Source: Octopus vulgaris (Eukaryota). From it: a stretch of DNA of 64,000 nt. Each line of letters opens with the position of its first letter. Position 1 is the stretch's first letter. Location: contig OX597815.1 in the NCBI GenBank assembly GCA_951406725.2, positions 212,226,001-212,290,000 on the forward strand, written 5' to 3'. Both the position numbers and the translations under genes were made by a program. Below the pieces are notes generated by a model, which searched no databases, was not told where the DNA came from, and saw only the letters and a list, made by a program, of their open reading frames with translations. Positions 25,154-38,175 of the stretch are shown one piece after another.

Positions 25154-25901
25154 ATCATCATCATCATCATTATCATAAATGTTTAACGTCTGCTTTCCAT
25201 GCAAGCATGGGTTGGATGATTTCACTGAAGAGTGGCGAACCAGATGGCTGCACCAGGCTCCAATCTTGATCTGGCAGAGTTTCTACAGCTGGATGGCCTT
25301 CTTAACACCAACCACTCCGAAAGTGTAGTGGGTGCTTTTTATGTGCCGCCAGCACGAGGGCCAGTCAGGCGGTACTGGCAATGACCACACTCAAATGGTG
25401 TTTTTTACGTGCCACCTGCACAGGAGCCAGTCAAGCGGCACTGGCAACGACCTTGCTTGAATGTTTTTTCACATGCCAGTAACGCAATGATCACGCTCGA
25501 ATGCTGCTTTTTATGTGCCACCAGCACAGAAGTCAGTCAGCTGCTCTGGCAACGATCACGCTCGGATGGTGCTCTTAGCGCTCCACTAACACAGATGCCA
25601 GTCAACAAATTTGATTTCAACTTCGAATTCACTTGCCTCAACAGGTCTTCGCAAGCAGAGTTTAATGTCCAATGAAGGAAAGGTACGCATAAGTGGGCTG
25701 GTTACACCCCTGGCATAGGCCATGGGTTATGGTCTCACTTGGCTTGCCGGGTCTTCTCAAGCACAGCATATTTCCAAAGGTCTTGGTCACTAGTCATTGC
25801 CTCTGTGAAGCCTAATGTTCAAAGGTCGTGCTTCACTACCTCATCCCAGGTCTTCCTGGGTCTACCTCTTCCCTCAACCGCTAGGGTGTGGCACTTTTTC
25901 A
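25154..25901 (-). mobile_element. RTE LINE 3' end including ORF C-terminus and complete 3' UTR
   Basis: Minus strand encodes RGRPRKTWDEVVKHDL*TLGFTEAMTSDQDLWKYAVLEKTRQAK* (RTE GRPRxxW motif), followed by the minisatellite UTR and (GAT)n. This anchors the family to RTE. Confidence 0.85.
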
Positions 25902-28859
25902 TTACACAAACACACACACACACACCAGACTATTGCTAGGACCACATTTTATGTGCCCTTACTTCCTTTTTGAGATGATGGAGGTACGACTTCAGGGAGA
26001 CTCTGGCTGTTATTTCTAGTAAGAGAGGTACCTTACTTAGATATTTTACTGCATCCCACTTCAATCTTTTTACCTTTACATACATATCAGTTGAGTAACT
26101 TTACCTTGCTATGAAAACCAATTTTAGGCCAGAAACTTTGATAATGAAGCCTACAGTTTAAGCTTTAAATAAGACAAACAACTACCTCTCCAATATAGTG
26201 TACACATTAAATCTTGGAGAGTAATTAGAAACATTATTTACAGAAATAGCCAATGCACTTAATAAATTCTGGCTGATGAGGCATATTGAAACAACAATGG
26301 TACCTCAGTATCCCAGGAACCAAGTGTGTTATGAACACACTGTCATCACAAAAGGGAGAAGTTGCCCACCTGTGACATACATAGCAATGACAAGCAAATT
26401 TGTGTTTGAATTTGCCAGGATATAATATTAAGAATAAATATGCAAATCCTTGCTTAATTGATCCTATTTACAATTTTCTCTTAAATCCTTAAAATCCTTT
26501 AAAATGTTTTAGCCCGAATGCCGCGGCCATGCTGGGGCACCAATTTACACAAAGATAATTCAAATTAGATTAAAACTTTTTTTTTCCAGTGTACTTCCCC
26601 CATATTGGAAATTTTGACATCTACAGATGTTTGTCTTGTTATAAATGTGATTTTATAAAACTAATTTGAAATAAAATGTCAATAGATGATTAAATTTCCG
26701 TTATCTCATTGATATGACTGTACAGTTCACAAAATATCAATTACAATACCATAAGCATTTTTTACCATTTTACCAAATAAATTGTAATGGGATGCTAAGA
26801 TGAGTGGATTCAAAACATGAGACAGAGATCTTATGCATTAGGTTATAAATTCAAACCAACTTTTACACTTCAACCAGTGACAAACTATGAAAAATCTTAA
26901 CTTGTAAAACAGCTGTGATTATGACCTTAGTCAGACGTTTAGAAAAATAATTCACGTAATGACAAATGAAACTATGTAGAATGCAAGAAAATGTCACTGA
27001 ATCACCGAGGTGGCTCTAATAATTCTGGTACTAAACAGGTCATAAAACAGGAACTCTAATTGAAATCAAAATAACTGTAATTGTGTGTTGTACTAATATT
27101 TGTACTGAAGAGATATATTTAGTGACATTAATATCAATATTGCTTTTTTTTCTTTTTGTATATATATTTTCTGTCCTTGTGTCATTTCATCTCAGACCTC
27201 ATAAACATTTGCACAATCAATTTACAGAACATTACTTAAGTACAAGATCCTAAAACTTGTCAACTAAACTAGATCTTAGAAGATGGTTGTTTTTCTTATC
27301 AATAAACATTACCTGACAGAGGCGACCTACTTGATTATACCATATCAGTAACACCAGTTTAGGAAGGCGCCTCGGTAATTTATTCTATAAACAATGTAAG
27401 TTTCCTGTGTCAGTCACGGTACTTTCTTGTACACTTGTGAGGTATGCAGTGTCGATGTAAGGGATCTGCCAATGTCTTTACAGGACAGATCATCTGCTAT
27501 CTGCGTCCACCTAGCCTCCAGCTTTAGCCTGTGGCTCTACTCTCTGCATGCGGTAATGAGCTGCCACCCAGGTAATGGCATTGGTAGATCAGCTCAACTA
27601 GGTTCAGGGTAATCATGAGTTTTAAACTGTCTGTGAAATATTTTATAGGCTTGTCACCCTAAGAATGTGAAGAACTGATTTTCAGCAGATTGCATGGGGG
27701 AAACCTAACCACCAGTAATCAAGTGTAAATAAGTAGAAAAACAATATCCAGCAATTTCCCTGAGGGGGTAAGGTTCATGGAACAGGATGAGACAAAATAG
27801 ACCACCCTGTTCATCTCACTGCACCTCTGATATAGCTCCAGTCAGCTCAACCCCCTTGTCACTAGTCCAGGGAGTCAGCTGATGAGAAGAAGATTGAAAC
27901 TGGTCATCTTTCACCATGATCCAAATTCAGCAGAAGTTGACACCCAACCTTCTCCAAAACTTCAGACAGACAACAGACTTATTGTTGCAGTGACCAGGTA
28001 TTGCACAGGACTACATCAAATGAAAAATTGCCACTTTCATAGTTTCAATACTCAGAAGGTGTAACATAAGAAGTCATCTGCACAGCTGTTGTTGATATTC
28101 TTTCACATGTGATGTCAATATAGAAGAGATATGGTCTCGGTCACCTACGAGAATGAACAACAAACAAATATGAATAATTCATGGTAAACCTCCAATCAAC
28201 ACTTCAGCCTGAATAGTAGTAGTTTATACTTTGTTGAAAAGGTGATACTAAGACCAAAGCAGGTCTAAATTTTTTTCCTCTTACTCACAGAAATAATTTT
28301 TCTATCTGACATTTTGAGGTTCCTTGCATTACATACGTTAACACTTACATAACAATGTGAACTGACTAGAATTGTATATCAGCTGACAGTCTGTACAAGT
28401 GTCTGAAGTTCTTTATTCAACAGTTAGTAAATGGCGATAACACACACATACACATACATACATACATACACACACTAGTTTAATAAAATTTGGGTAAAAA
28501 TCTTGTAGAATGCTATGCAAAGCTCATCCACAGTTATTGGCTACCTGATGTCATCATACAATGATACAGTGAAAATGCTCCTGCCACTGGATATACATCA
28601 GGAGTTTCATAGTAACCGTAGAGTTTATGATCACTATAATTGTTTTGACACATTTTTACACCTGTAGTACATTGGTAAGATGTTGTGTAATCATTATCAG
28701 GCATTCATGGTGTAAAATGCATTTGTATATATTGGTGTGACCACTGATTCATTCAAACAGCGATACCGGAACCACACGGCATCATTTAAAAACATTAACA
28801 AGATACACTGCATGTAACTCGCTGACCTGGTTTAAAAAAATAGCATTAAACTAATACTA

Positions 28860-29105
28860 TGTGTGTGTGTGTGCATGTGCGCATATGCATCTTTGTGTCT
28901 GTGTTTGTCCCCCACCACAACACGACAACCAGTGTTGGTGTGTTTAAATCCCCATAACTTAGTAGTGCAGCAAAAGAGACTGATAGAATAGAATAAGTAC
29001 CGGGCTTTAAAAAAATAAGTACTAGGATCAATTTGTGTGACTAAAATAATTGAAGGTGCTACCCCAGCACAACAACAATTTAAGGACCGAAAGAAACAAA
29101 AGATA
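28860..29105 (+). mobile_element. SINE family A 3' part (diverged)
   Basis: Same body motifs. Confidence 0.7.
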
Positions 29106-29702
29106 CAGATTTCTTGTAATTTAAACTTCACAATAAAAGATATTCCTGTTTGTAACATTTTTTCTTCAGTCCTTTCTTCTCAGACCAGCAACCTTTCATA
29201 ATCCAATTCTAACCCCCTATTTTTTTCTTGTGGTCACTGACCTACTGATATTCAAAGGGGACCTTAACTACATCAATCTCACCAGCCGGAAAGCGTCTTC
29301 AAAAGTTATGGGTATTGATTCTCTTCAAATAACTAACATTACAAAAACATGCTTACTTAATGGAGCAGCTCAGCTAGCAGAAAATACATTTCTAAATCTT
29401 ACAAAGATATAAGTGGAGGGGCATGGCGTAGTGGTTAGGGTGTTGAACTCATGATTGTAAGGTTGTGGTTTCGATTCCTAGACCAGGAGCAAAACACTTA
29501 ATTTCACATTGCTCCAGAAATATAGGTGCCAGAGAAACTATGAAACCGGTCCTATGCTCCTTATGGAGTAATGTGGACTAACCACAAAATACAAACTTAA
29601 AAGTTGTTTTAACTGATTATTAAATAGCATATATACTTAAAGATGTCATATTATTATAATTACAATAACTGGTAAAAATTATACAATCACCACACTAGGA
29701 AA

Positions 29703-31505
29703 CAGTGTACCCAAAATGTTTGTTCTTTTCTTCTTCAAAGCAAATAAGTAAATCATAGATGAGACAGGATAATTTTCTGTCTGAAAGCTGAACATCCAGG
29801 TTTCATGAAACATATCTCTAATGAATTACAGTTAATTATGTTAATTAATGGTTTATTTTTCTATAGATCATATAGAGAAAAAAATTATGGAATAACTTGA
29901 TTACAGGTTATACAATCACCATGTGGTTTGTATTTCTAAAGCAAGAACTGGCATAAACACAAATTAGTCTGCAGTTAAAAGAGAGTACTTGAGGACCTTA
30001 ATAAGTGCACGACTTAACTGATTGAAAGGAAACATGGTCCCACATGAGAGCTGTCAACTGAAACACTAGAAAAGATTGTAAAACTCCCTCAAGAAGGAAC
30101 TTCAACAATGTGGAAGATAACAGATGGTTCCAGTCAGATGTGTGCAAGTATAAACTAGATGGAAAGGTTAGAAAAGGAAAATTCATGGCTAGACCAGAGA
30201 AGATGACAAAGCATTGAGACAGAAAACTCAAATCAATATGTCTTGAAAATAGAGCATGATGCAAATGGAAAACAAACAGTTGGAGACAAGAATGCTGTGA
30301 AAACATCACGGTAAACCATCTGAAATAAATGGGATTTATCTACAGAAAGACCAAATGAAAACCAACACTAACACCTAGAGAGAAGAAAACAAGGTTACAA
30401 TTGGCTAACAAGAAGCATCGATGAGTGCAGATAATTGGGTGAAAGTGATAATCAGCAAGGTATCACAAATCTGCACTGGAGATAATGCAGGTGTCATTCT
30501 AGAAAAGATGGGAAGAAAAATTCATCCACTCATTTGTGACAGTACCTGTAACCCATAGGTCTTTCTTAGCTTAATTTTCATTTAGAGAAGTGCAGCTCGC
30601 CTGATGATGATGAGCAATGTCTCATGCAACTAACTCACTCCTCAAAAAAGATTGCTCATGCCTGGTTTATGATATGGGGTTGAATGTCAAGTAAAGGACC
30701 AGGAGAAAAGGCAATCGTTACCTTAAGAGTCAATGCACAAGTGTATGTTGAAAGTTTAGATACTTTTCTAATACATCAGTGTCATGTCAAAGTCATTTTT
30801 CACAGAGTAAAGAGCATTAAAGCTTTCTTTTAATAAAGTCATATCAATTCTATTATATGGCCAACAGTCTGGATTAAATTTTTTTTTTTTTTTAAAATTG
30901 TCCACAAAAAGAATCTGTCTGATAAGTGGATCTGTCAGCCATTATTTGAAAAATTTGGGACCAACATGAGGCAAAATATAGCTTTTTATTTGAGAAGTCT
31001 ATGCTTTAAGCCTTTAGCAGTTGGATTACTCTGTCAAATGTAATGCTTATTTATTCAGATTGTTTTGAACTAATAACACAACATCTTGCAGCTTTGAAAT
31101 GTTGATGATGATTGTAAATTTTCAGACTGACACTACAGAGTAGGTGTTAAAGGCTGACTGGCCAGTTTGAAGAGAAAACCAGTAGAATATTTGGGCCAGG
31201 TATGACTAGCTTAATTGCTAAGGGGTAAAAAGAATTTAGGTTGTTACAAAACCCATGAAGAAGCAACAAAGTCCTATTCGGTATGTTTTCCTTTTCATGC
31301 ATGATATTTTCCTGTCTTGGTTTGGAGAAAAATATAATTTATTTTAATTTGCTTGAAGAGTTTTTCATAAAGCCAGAATGCTAAGCTGTTAAACAAAAGT
31401 TGTTTTGTGTCATATATGTTTATTTGTCTATTTGTTGTGTAGTAACAAAAGCTAGATAAACATTATTCAAATAAGGTGATGTTTATAATTTTTTGTTAGG
31501 TACTG
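29703..31505 (+). mobile_element. Decayed Tc1-family DNA transposon (transposase pseudogene)
   Basis: Fragmentary translation: DRKLKSICLENR, MGFIYRKTK*KPTLTPREKKTRLQ, NWVKVII, FMIWG*MSSKGPGE, VNAQVYVESLDTFLI, HRVKSIKAF, ending in ATK. Termini resemble CAGT...CAAAA and TTTTG...ACTG(TA). Stops, frameshifts and nested insertions. Confidence 0.85.
31006..31228 (+). mobile_element. piggyBac-type MITE family 1 nested in the Tc1 transposase
   Basis: Interrupts the Tc1 C-terminal coding remnant at a TTAA; Tc1 homology resumes after it. Confidence 0.75.
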
Positions 31506-32114
31506 TAAATACACAGGAAAACAAAGAAGTTTTAAACTAGTGTTTTGAAGATTACTAACGGTCATATGACATTATATTGAATTCAATCTATTGATTATTT
31601 TAATAACATTTGTTCACTAGCTAAGAACACTTGAAGTGTCATCAACTTGTTACATAACAAGTTGATGATTAAACAGTCTTAGCAAGTATTATGAAACACC
31701 CAATGTCATCTTGAGGAAACATTTAGAAAGAAGAGAACTTAAGCTCCAAAGAACCACGCTTTACATGGTAATTCCAACAAAAACTAATCCTTAACTGAAA
31801 GAGCTATTCAACAAATGAATCCTTACAATCATACTTTCAGGACTAAATTTTCAAAGCTAGTCTTCCGATCATATAGAGAAACAAATTTATAATTAAATTG
31901 CAACTGTTTTTCATGTAAAATAAATACAAGACGTTATAAGCATCAATTTTGAGGAAGCAAAGAGAAACAGGATCACTGACAGGACTGATGCTCCTTCCTG
32001 TCTCAAATTCATACTTATCATCTCTCTAATACCATTTTACATACATGGCATTGTTTAGTCACAAACCAGTCCTGACTGAGTAGAACTACAATGTTAAAAA
32101 ATAAAGTGTTACAA

Positions 32115-32314
32115 CTCTCTCTCTTTTACTTGTTTCAGTCATTTGACTGCGGCCATGCTGGAGCACCGCTTTTAGTCGAGCAACTCGACCCTGGGACTTA
32201 TTCTTTTGTAAGCCCAGTACTTATTCTATCGGTCTCTTTTGCCGAACCGCTAAGTGACGGGGACATAAACACGCCAGCATCAGTTGTCAAGCAATGCTAG
32301 GGGGACAAACACAG

Positions 32315-32368
<54 letters not shown>

Positions 32369-32528
32369 GACGGGCTTCTTTCAGTTTCCGTCTACCAAAT
32401 CCACTCATAAGGCATTGGTCGGCCCGGGGCTATAGTAGAAGACACTTGCCCAAGGTGCCACGCAGTGGGACTGAACCCTGAACCATGTGGTTGGTTAGCA
32501 AGCTACTTACCACACAGCCACTCCTGCG
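32115..32528 (-). mobile_element. SINE family A, full length
   Basis: Head, internal (TA)n and tail all present. Confidence 0.9.
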
Positions 32529-32929
32529 ACCATTACATTTTGTTTGTTTTTTTATTATCTACACTTTGTACATCCAGAACCACATTATCCAAGTGTTTTA
32601 ATAATTTCATGATAGAAAATAGTGATCCAAAGGATATTTGGCTTCTAGTTTTAATAGATCAAACACTGTTGGTGCAAGAGTTCTACTGATGTATGATTTT
32701 CCTAACCAATACCACTATTTCACTTAACTGTGAAATGGTGGTATTGGTTCCAGAGTTTAGCACAGTAATGTCATTTATTTACCAGCAATATTAAAATGCA
32801 GCCAAGGGTGGTGGAATAGCAAAACTTAATAATAACAGTATTTAGCTTCATTACTCTACAAAACTGATTTTACATTTCATCACTGCAGAGTCAATAAGCA
32901 TCAGTTATATAATGAATGTCTATTACTGT

Positions 32930-33190
32930 AAACCATGATGTTATTGCCGAAAAGTGTGTATGTAGTGGTAGAGACACGCTCACCCTCATAGATGCTAAGA
33001 AAGACACATGGAACGAAAACAACTTACGGAAGGAGACCTACTCCAAGGAGACCTACTCCAAGGAGACCTAACTGAGTGATCATCAATTGAGGTTGACAGC
33101 TATATGGTCAAAAAGGCCATAAATATATGAAAGCAGACAAACAACAGAACCATCAGAGATATTTGCCAAGATGCTGATAACAATTGGCAT
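32930..33190 (+). mobile_element. Old internal RTE ORF fragment
   Basis: NHDVIAEKCV...LTLIDAKKDTW...IEVDSYMVKKAIKYMKADK resembles the RTE region upstream of the RT domain. Confidence 0.6.
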
Positions 33191-33344
33191 TAGGCAGTTC
33201 CAAAATGCAAAACCTATTTTCTTGTCAACCTCAATTGATGACCACTCAGTTATGTCTACTTGGAGTAGGTCTCCTTCCGTAATTTATTTTCATTCCATGT
33301 GTCTTTCTTAGCATCTATGAGGGTGAGTGTGTCACTACCACTAC

Positions 33345-33587
33345 CCCGTGCCGGTGGCATGTAAAAAGCACCATCCGTCCATGGCCGTTTGCCAGCCCCG
33401 TCTGGCACGTAAAAAGCACCCACTACACTCACGGAGTGGTTGGCGTTTGGAAGGGCATACAGCTGTAGAAACATTGCCAGATCAGACTGGAGCCTGGTGC
33501 AGCCTTCTGGCTTCCCAGACCCCAGTTGAACCGTCCAACCCATGCCAGCATGGAAAGCGGACGCTAAATGATGATGATGATGATGAT
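33345..33587 (+). mobile_element. RTE LINE 3' UTR
   Basis: 2 modules plus family tail and (GAT)n. Confidence 0.8.
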
Positions 33588-34476
33588 TTTCCAGGTTACA
33601 GGAAAGTTAATAAGCAAAGAAGTCAATGGAAAAATACATTTCCCATTAAGAATTCCATGTTTGTTACAGCAAATTTATTTTCCTGACGTGCAATGCTTTG
33701 GTCAGCCGAAATAAAAGAGATCTATAATCAAAAGTGTTACAGGTATGACAATTTCTTTTATTTCAGCATAGTATATTTACGAGTATATTATCCAATGTGT
33801 TATTTTTTAAGTGGGTAACTTGTTATTTAAGATTTAGTTGCCGTTTCTAACAAATTGAATCACCAAGTAGAAATTGTCATTGACTTCAGCTAAGTTGATA
33901 AAGTAGAAACTAAATTTCTGTATCATTAATTAAGGAATCTAACAATTTACATCAGAGGGAGGAGGATCAATGCTACCAAGCTGGAACAGAGCTTTTTACA
34001 TGAAAGAAGTTAAAAATTTACATTATCAAAAAATAAGTTTCCAAACAAAAACTGATCCGAAAGGATATCACACAATTTGTAAACACTATGTACATTCCAA
34101 CTGAAACTTTAAACATAAGCTAACTTCAGTAAATCTAGTCTATGCCATTAACAATTGAATGTCTTAATGTAGTTGAACAATTGGATATATACATAAAAGT
34201 ACTGAAAATTACAAGAAAAATACATTATTTATAAACTTAAGTTTTTAATATACTGCTTAATTGTCCATGTTTTTAATGCTACACTGCAAAATAAAGGATA
34301 AAAAGCATAGCTTTTAGGTCAGGAATTTTTACATTTTGTAGTTTGTGAGAAAAAATCTATGAATATAGAACAAAATTTCAGTCGTTAAATGTACAGTAAA
34401 TACCTAATTTGAATCCTTATAATGAATGAATATTAAAGAATTGCAGTTGAATTTGTGATGAAAGCTGTGAAAAGAT

Positions 34477-34707
34477 TTAACCTTTTAGTATTGAGGCTAC
34501 CCTTATCAAATGTAATGCTTATTTAATCACACTGTTTTCAATTAATCATGCATTATCTTGTAGCTTTGAGATTTTGATGATATGTCTGCTTACTTTTAGT
34601 ATGACATTGTAGGCTAGGTGAGAGAGCCTGGATATGGCTAGTTTGCGCATAAAACAAGTAGAATATCCGGGCCAGCTATATAGCTGATCTAAATGTTAGA
34701 GGGCAAA
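34477..34707 (+). mobile_element. piggyBac-type MITE family 1
   Basis: TTAACCTTTTAG...TAGAGGG; ends about 30 bp from the C1 exon donor. Confidence 0.75.
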
Positions 34708-34741
34708 GATGTGTGAAATGTGAAAATCAAATGAGACTTAC

Positions 34742-34874
34742 TCTCACACTGGACAGCTGCTTTATTTGCCATGCTCTTGTTACATACATGACACAGTGAA
34801 GTATTACTTATCGAGAGAGACACAAACTGGTGGGCATTTTTATGTTTGTTCTCTTTCTCTTTGCCATCTTTTCC
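34742..34874 (-). CDS. Exon of Lbc-family Rho GEF (AKAP13/ARHGEF28/ARHGEF18-like): K/E-rich segment and first half of C1 zinc finger
   Basis: Acceptor ...ttttattttgcag|GGA and donor A|gtaagt; 133 nt (phase 0 to 1) encoding GKDGKEKENKHKNAHQFVSLSISNTSLCHVCNKSMANKAAVQCE. Resembles the K/E-rich stretch plus H-x12-C-x2-C of AKAP13/ARHGEF28 C1 domains (from memory). Confidence 0.9.
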
Positions 34875-35250
34875 CTGCAAAATAAAACAAAACACAAATA
34901 AGTTATTTTTTTTTATATATAAAGATTTCAAATAAACCAGAAAAAGAGAAAATCTAATCCAGAAAACAAAACATTCTGCTCTTTCCAGCACATGAACTGT
35001 TTTAATTCTGTTAGCTTAGCTGCAGTTACATGAACCAAACCAAAACTAAAACAGATCATTTATCCACCAACATGAAAATACATCCATCACAACCATCGTT
35101 CTATGATCAATTTTTTCTTAAAGTGCACCAGGATGCAAGTCCTACATTCTAGAACAACTCCTCTGAGAAGGAGGCAGTTAAAAGGAGAACAATTACAATC
35201 ATGTAGAATCTAGATGAGTGGGTCTCAACCAGAGTCCATATACAAGATCT

Positions 35251-35472
35251 TACTCTCACTCTCTCTTTACTCTTTTAGTTGTTTCAGTTATTTGACTGTG
35301 GTCATGCTGGAGCACCGCCTTTAGTCGAGCAAATCAGCCCCAGGACTTATTCTTTGTAAGCCTAGTACTTATTCTATCGGTCTCTTTTGCTGAACCGCTA
35401 AGTGACGGGGACGTAAACACACCAACATCGGTTGTCAAGCGATGGTAGGGGGACAAATACAGACACACAAAC

Positions 35473-35503
<31 letters not shown>

Positions 35504-35666
35504 TACGACGGGCTTCTTTCAGTTTCCATCTACCAAATCCACTCACAAGGCTTTGGTCGACCCGAGACTATAGAAGACACTTGCCCAAAGTGCCACGCAG
35601 TGGGACTGAACCCGGGACCATGTGGTTGGTAAACAAGCTACTTACCACACAGCCACTCCTGCACCT
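35251..35666 (-). mobile_element. SINE family A, full length
   Basis: Head, body and tail present. Confidence 0.9.
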
Positions 35667-36225
35667 ATTGTTTTATTTTTAGAATATTGTAAGGTAAGTG
35701 TGAGAGGTTAGATCTGGTCAGTTTGAACATAAAACCAGCAGAACATTTTGGCCAGATACGGCTGATTTAAATGCTTAAGGGTTGAACAGTAAGAAGAGAA
35801 ACATTTTTTTATCTTTATGAAGTAGAAAATAACATTTTAATGCCAATGTCTAACTTGCAGCTGAGGGTCACCCTGCCACCTGGTCTGTTGGGTGCCGCTA
35901 GCCAAGTTCACTTTGCTGCAAGCGCTGACAATTAGACACAAAGTTCCAACTCCAACCAAGATTCCACACTGCAGAGACTGATATATCCAGCTGTCCAAAT
36001 TGGATATAGACAACATCAGTTTCACTTGTGTGTGGGGACCTGCAACTATTATGGGCCCTGTCCCTCTTCTCCTGACTAGCTCATAAATAAAAAAAAAAGT
36101 AGAAATTAGAAGCAGATCGCTCGAAATATTAAGAACATAAATGACATTAAACATAACCTTGCACACAAATAGAAATTTTCTCCTCTTCTCACACTTTCTT
36201 CCACTCTCTCTCTCTCTCTCTTCCT

Positions 36226-36258
<33 letters not shown>

Positions 36259-37208
36259 GACATGCACACATTTACATATTAAGTAAGATTTATGACACTA
36301 AAAGTATAATACTTAAATAAAACCATACTAATTCCCCAATAACATAAATACTGTAATAGAAGCCCTACTTAAAATTATTATAATAGCTTACTTAGATTTG
36401 GATACTAGCATATTTTGTAAAATTTAACAATGCGTGTGTGTGTGTGTGTGTGTATTTATAGACATGTGTATTGCATCTGCATATTGTATACGTGTTTGTT
36501 TTTCACCCCCATTCTGTATGTTCTCACCAAATTCACCGAAGAATTTTAGAAAAGAAGAAAGAGGAAAAAAGTAATTTTAAACAACTAGGTTACAGCAGAG
36601 AATTGTTTCAGAGCACACAACAATAAAACAACTACAAAGCATAAAGAAAAGAAAATTATAGTCAGATAATAAATAAAAATACAATTTTTGATAAAGCAAT
36701 ACAAATGTGTGACATGCTGATGCAAAGTACATTAAACACCCACCTAACGTGAAATGAATACATTATATATGACAGTCTAAAAGTATCATTTTTTTTTTTT
36801 TTAACGGAAAGAAGAGAAAAAAATACATAATGCAGAACCAACTACTGGACATTTCTCATTCCTCAGTTCTAACATATCCCATTCTGACCTTCATAGCCTC
36901 AAGACTGCTTTCTCGGTGATAAATCTTGAATTTGTTTTTGTTTTATTTTTCATTCTTAGAGAACTTTTCAAAATGCATTCTATGTCTCAAGAAGAAAAAA
37001 ACCCATAAAAAATATAATTCTTTATTAACTCTTTTCTTTCTCTTTCAAAAGAAACTAACGAAATCATGAAACTGTCTTCAAAAAGTTTGAAAGTGTTAAA
37101 TCTATCAGATACCACAAAGAGGTTTTAACGTATTTCATTATAACCAAGACCTTGTTTTGAGAAAATTCTTCAACAATTCCATATTAAGAGGGAATTTTTC
37201 CCCATAGG

Positions 37209-37830
37209 ATCATCATCATCATCATTTAAGATCCATTTTCAATGCCAGCAAGGGTTAGACAGTTTGATGGAAGCTACATCAGGCTCCAATTGTCTGTTTT
37301 GGCTTGGTTTCTACAGCTGGATGTCCTTCCTAATGCCAACCACTCCACAGAGTGTTCTTTTGACATGTCACTGCATGGGTGCTTTTTACATGCCATCAGC
37401 ACAGGTTCCCTTTACATGTCAATAGCACAAGTTCCCTTTACATATCAACAGCACAGGTGCCCTTTACATATCAACAGCACAGGTGCCCTTTACATATCAA
37501 CAGCACAGGTGCCCTTTACATGTCAACAGCACAGGTGCCCTTTACATGTCAACAGCACAGGTGCCCTTTACATGTCAACAGCACAGGTTCCCTTTATGTG
37601 TCACCGGCACAGGTTCCCTTTACATATCAACAGCACAGGTGCCCTTTATGTGTCACCGGCACAGGTGCCCTATACATGTCCTGGCAATGATCCTGATTAA
37701 CTTAACAGGATGTGTCTTTTCAAGCACAACAAACCACCAGAAGTCTCAGTCATTTGCCATTGCCTCCATGAGGCTCAACAACGAAAGATCATATTTCACC
37801 ACCTCACCACATGTCTTCTCGTGTCAACAC
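37209..37830 (-). mobile_element. RTE LINE 3' end with 26-bp minisatellite
   Basis: About 11 copies of CAGCACAGGTGCCCTTTACATRTCAA; ORF end KTCGEVVKYDLSLLSLMEAMA on the minus strand; (GAT)n tail. Confidence 0.8.
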
Positions 37831-38175
37831 CTTCCACAAGTTCCTCATTGTGCATATCAGAACACTCCCTTTATAGTAAGTTATCATCTCCAAAATCTGA
37901 AGTTTCAGTTTACATGGAATTTACTCTCTCTACTATATCTACTTGGAAATCAACAGTAAAGCCTTCCAGTTACTCTGGCAGTAAAGTCTCACTTCATAAC
38001 TCATCTGGATTTTGGGGCTGATTTATTGCTTTCCAAACATAAATCAAAGGCAGCTACAAAATCACTTGCTCTACTTTAACCTTATTTAAAAAATGGGCTG
38101 AATGCATCACTTCAAGAAATTATATATTTCTTGCCCTTATTTTTTTGAAATTCAGATATTTATTAATTATATGTA

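Noticed and set aside
37242-37959. Repetitive ORFs (STAQVPFT / QQHRCPLH repeats)
   Set aside because: Antisense translation of the 26-bp RTE minisatellite.
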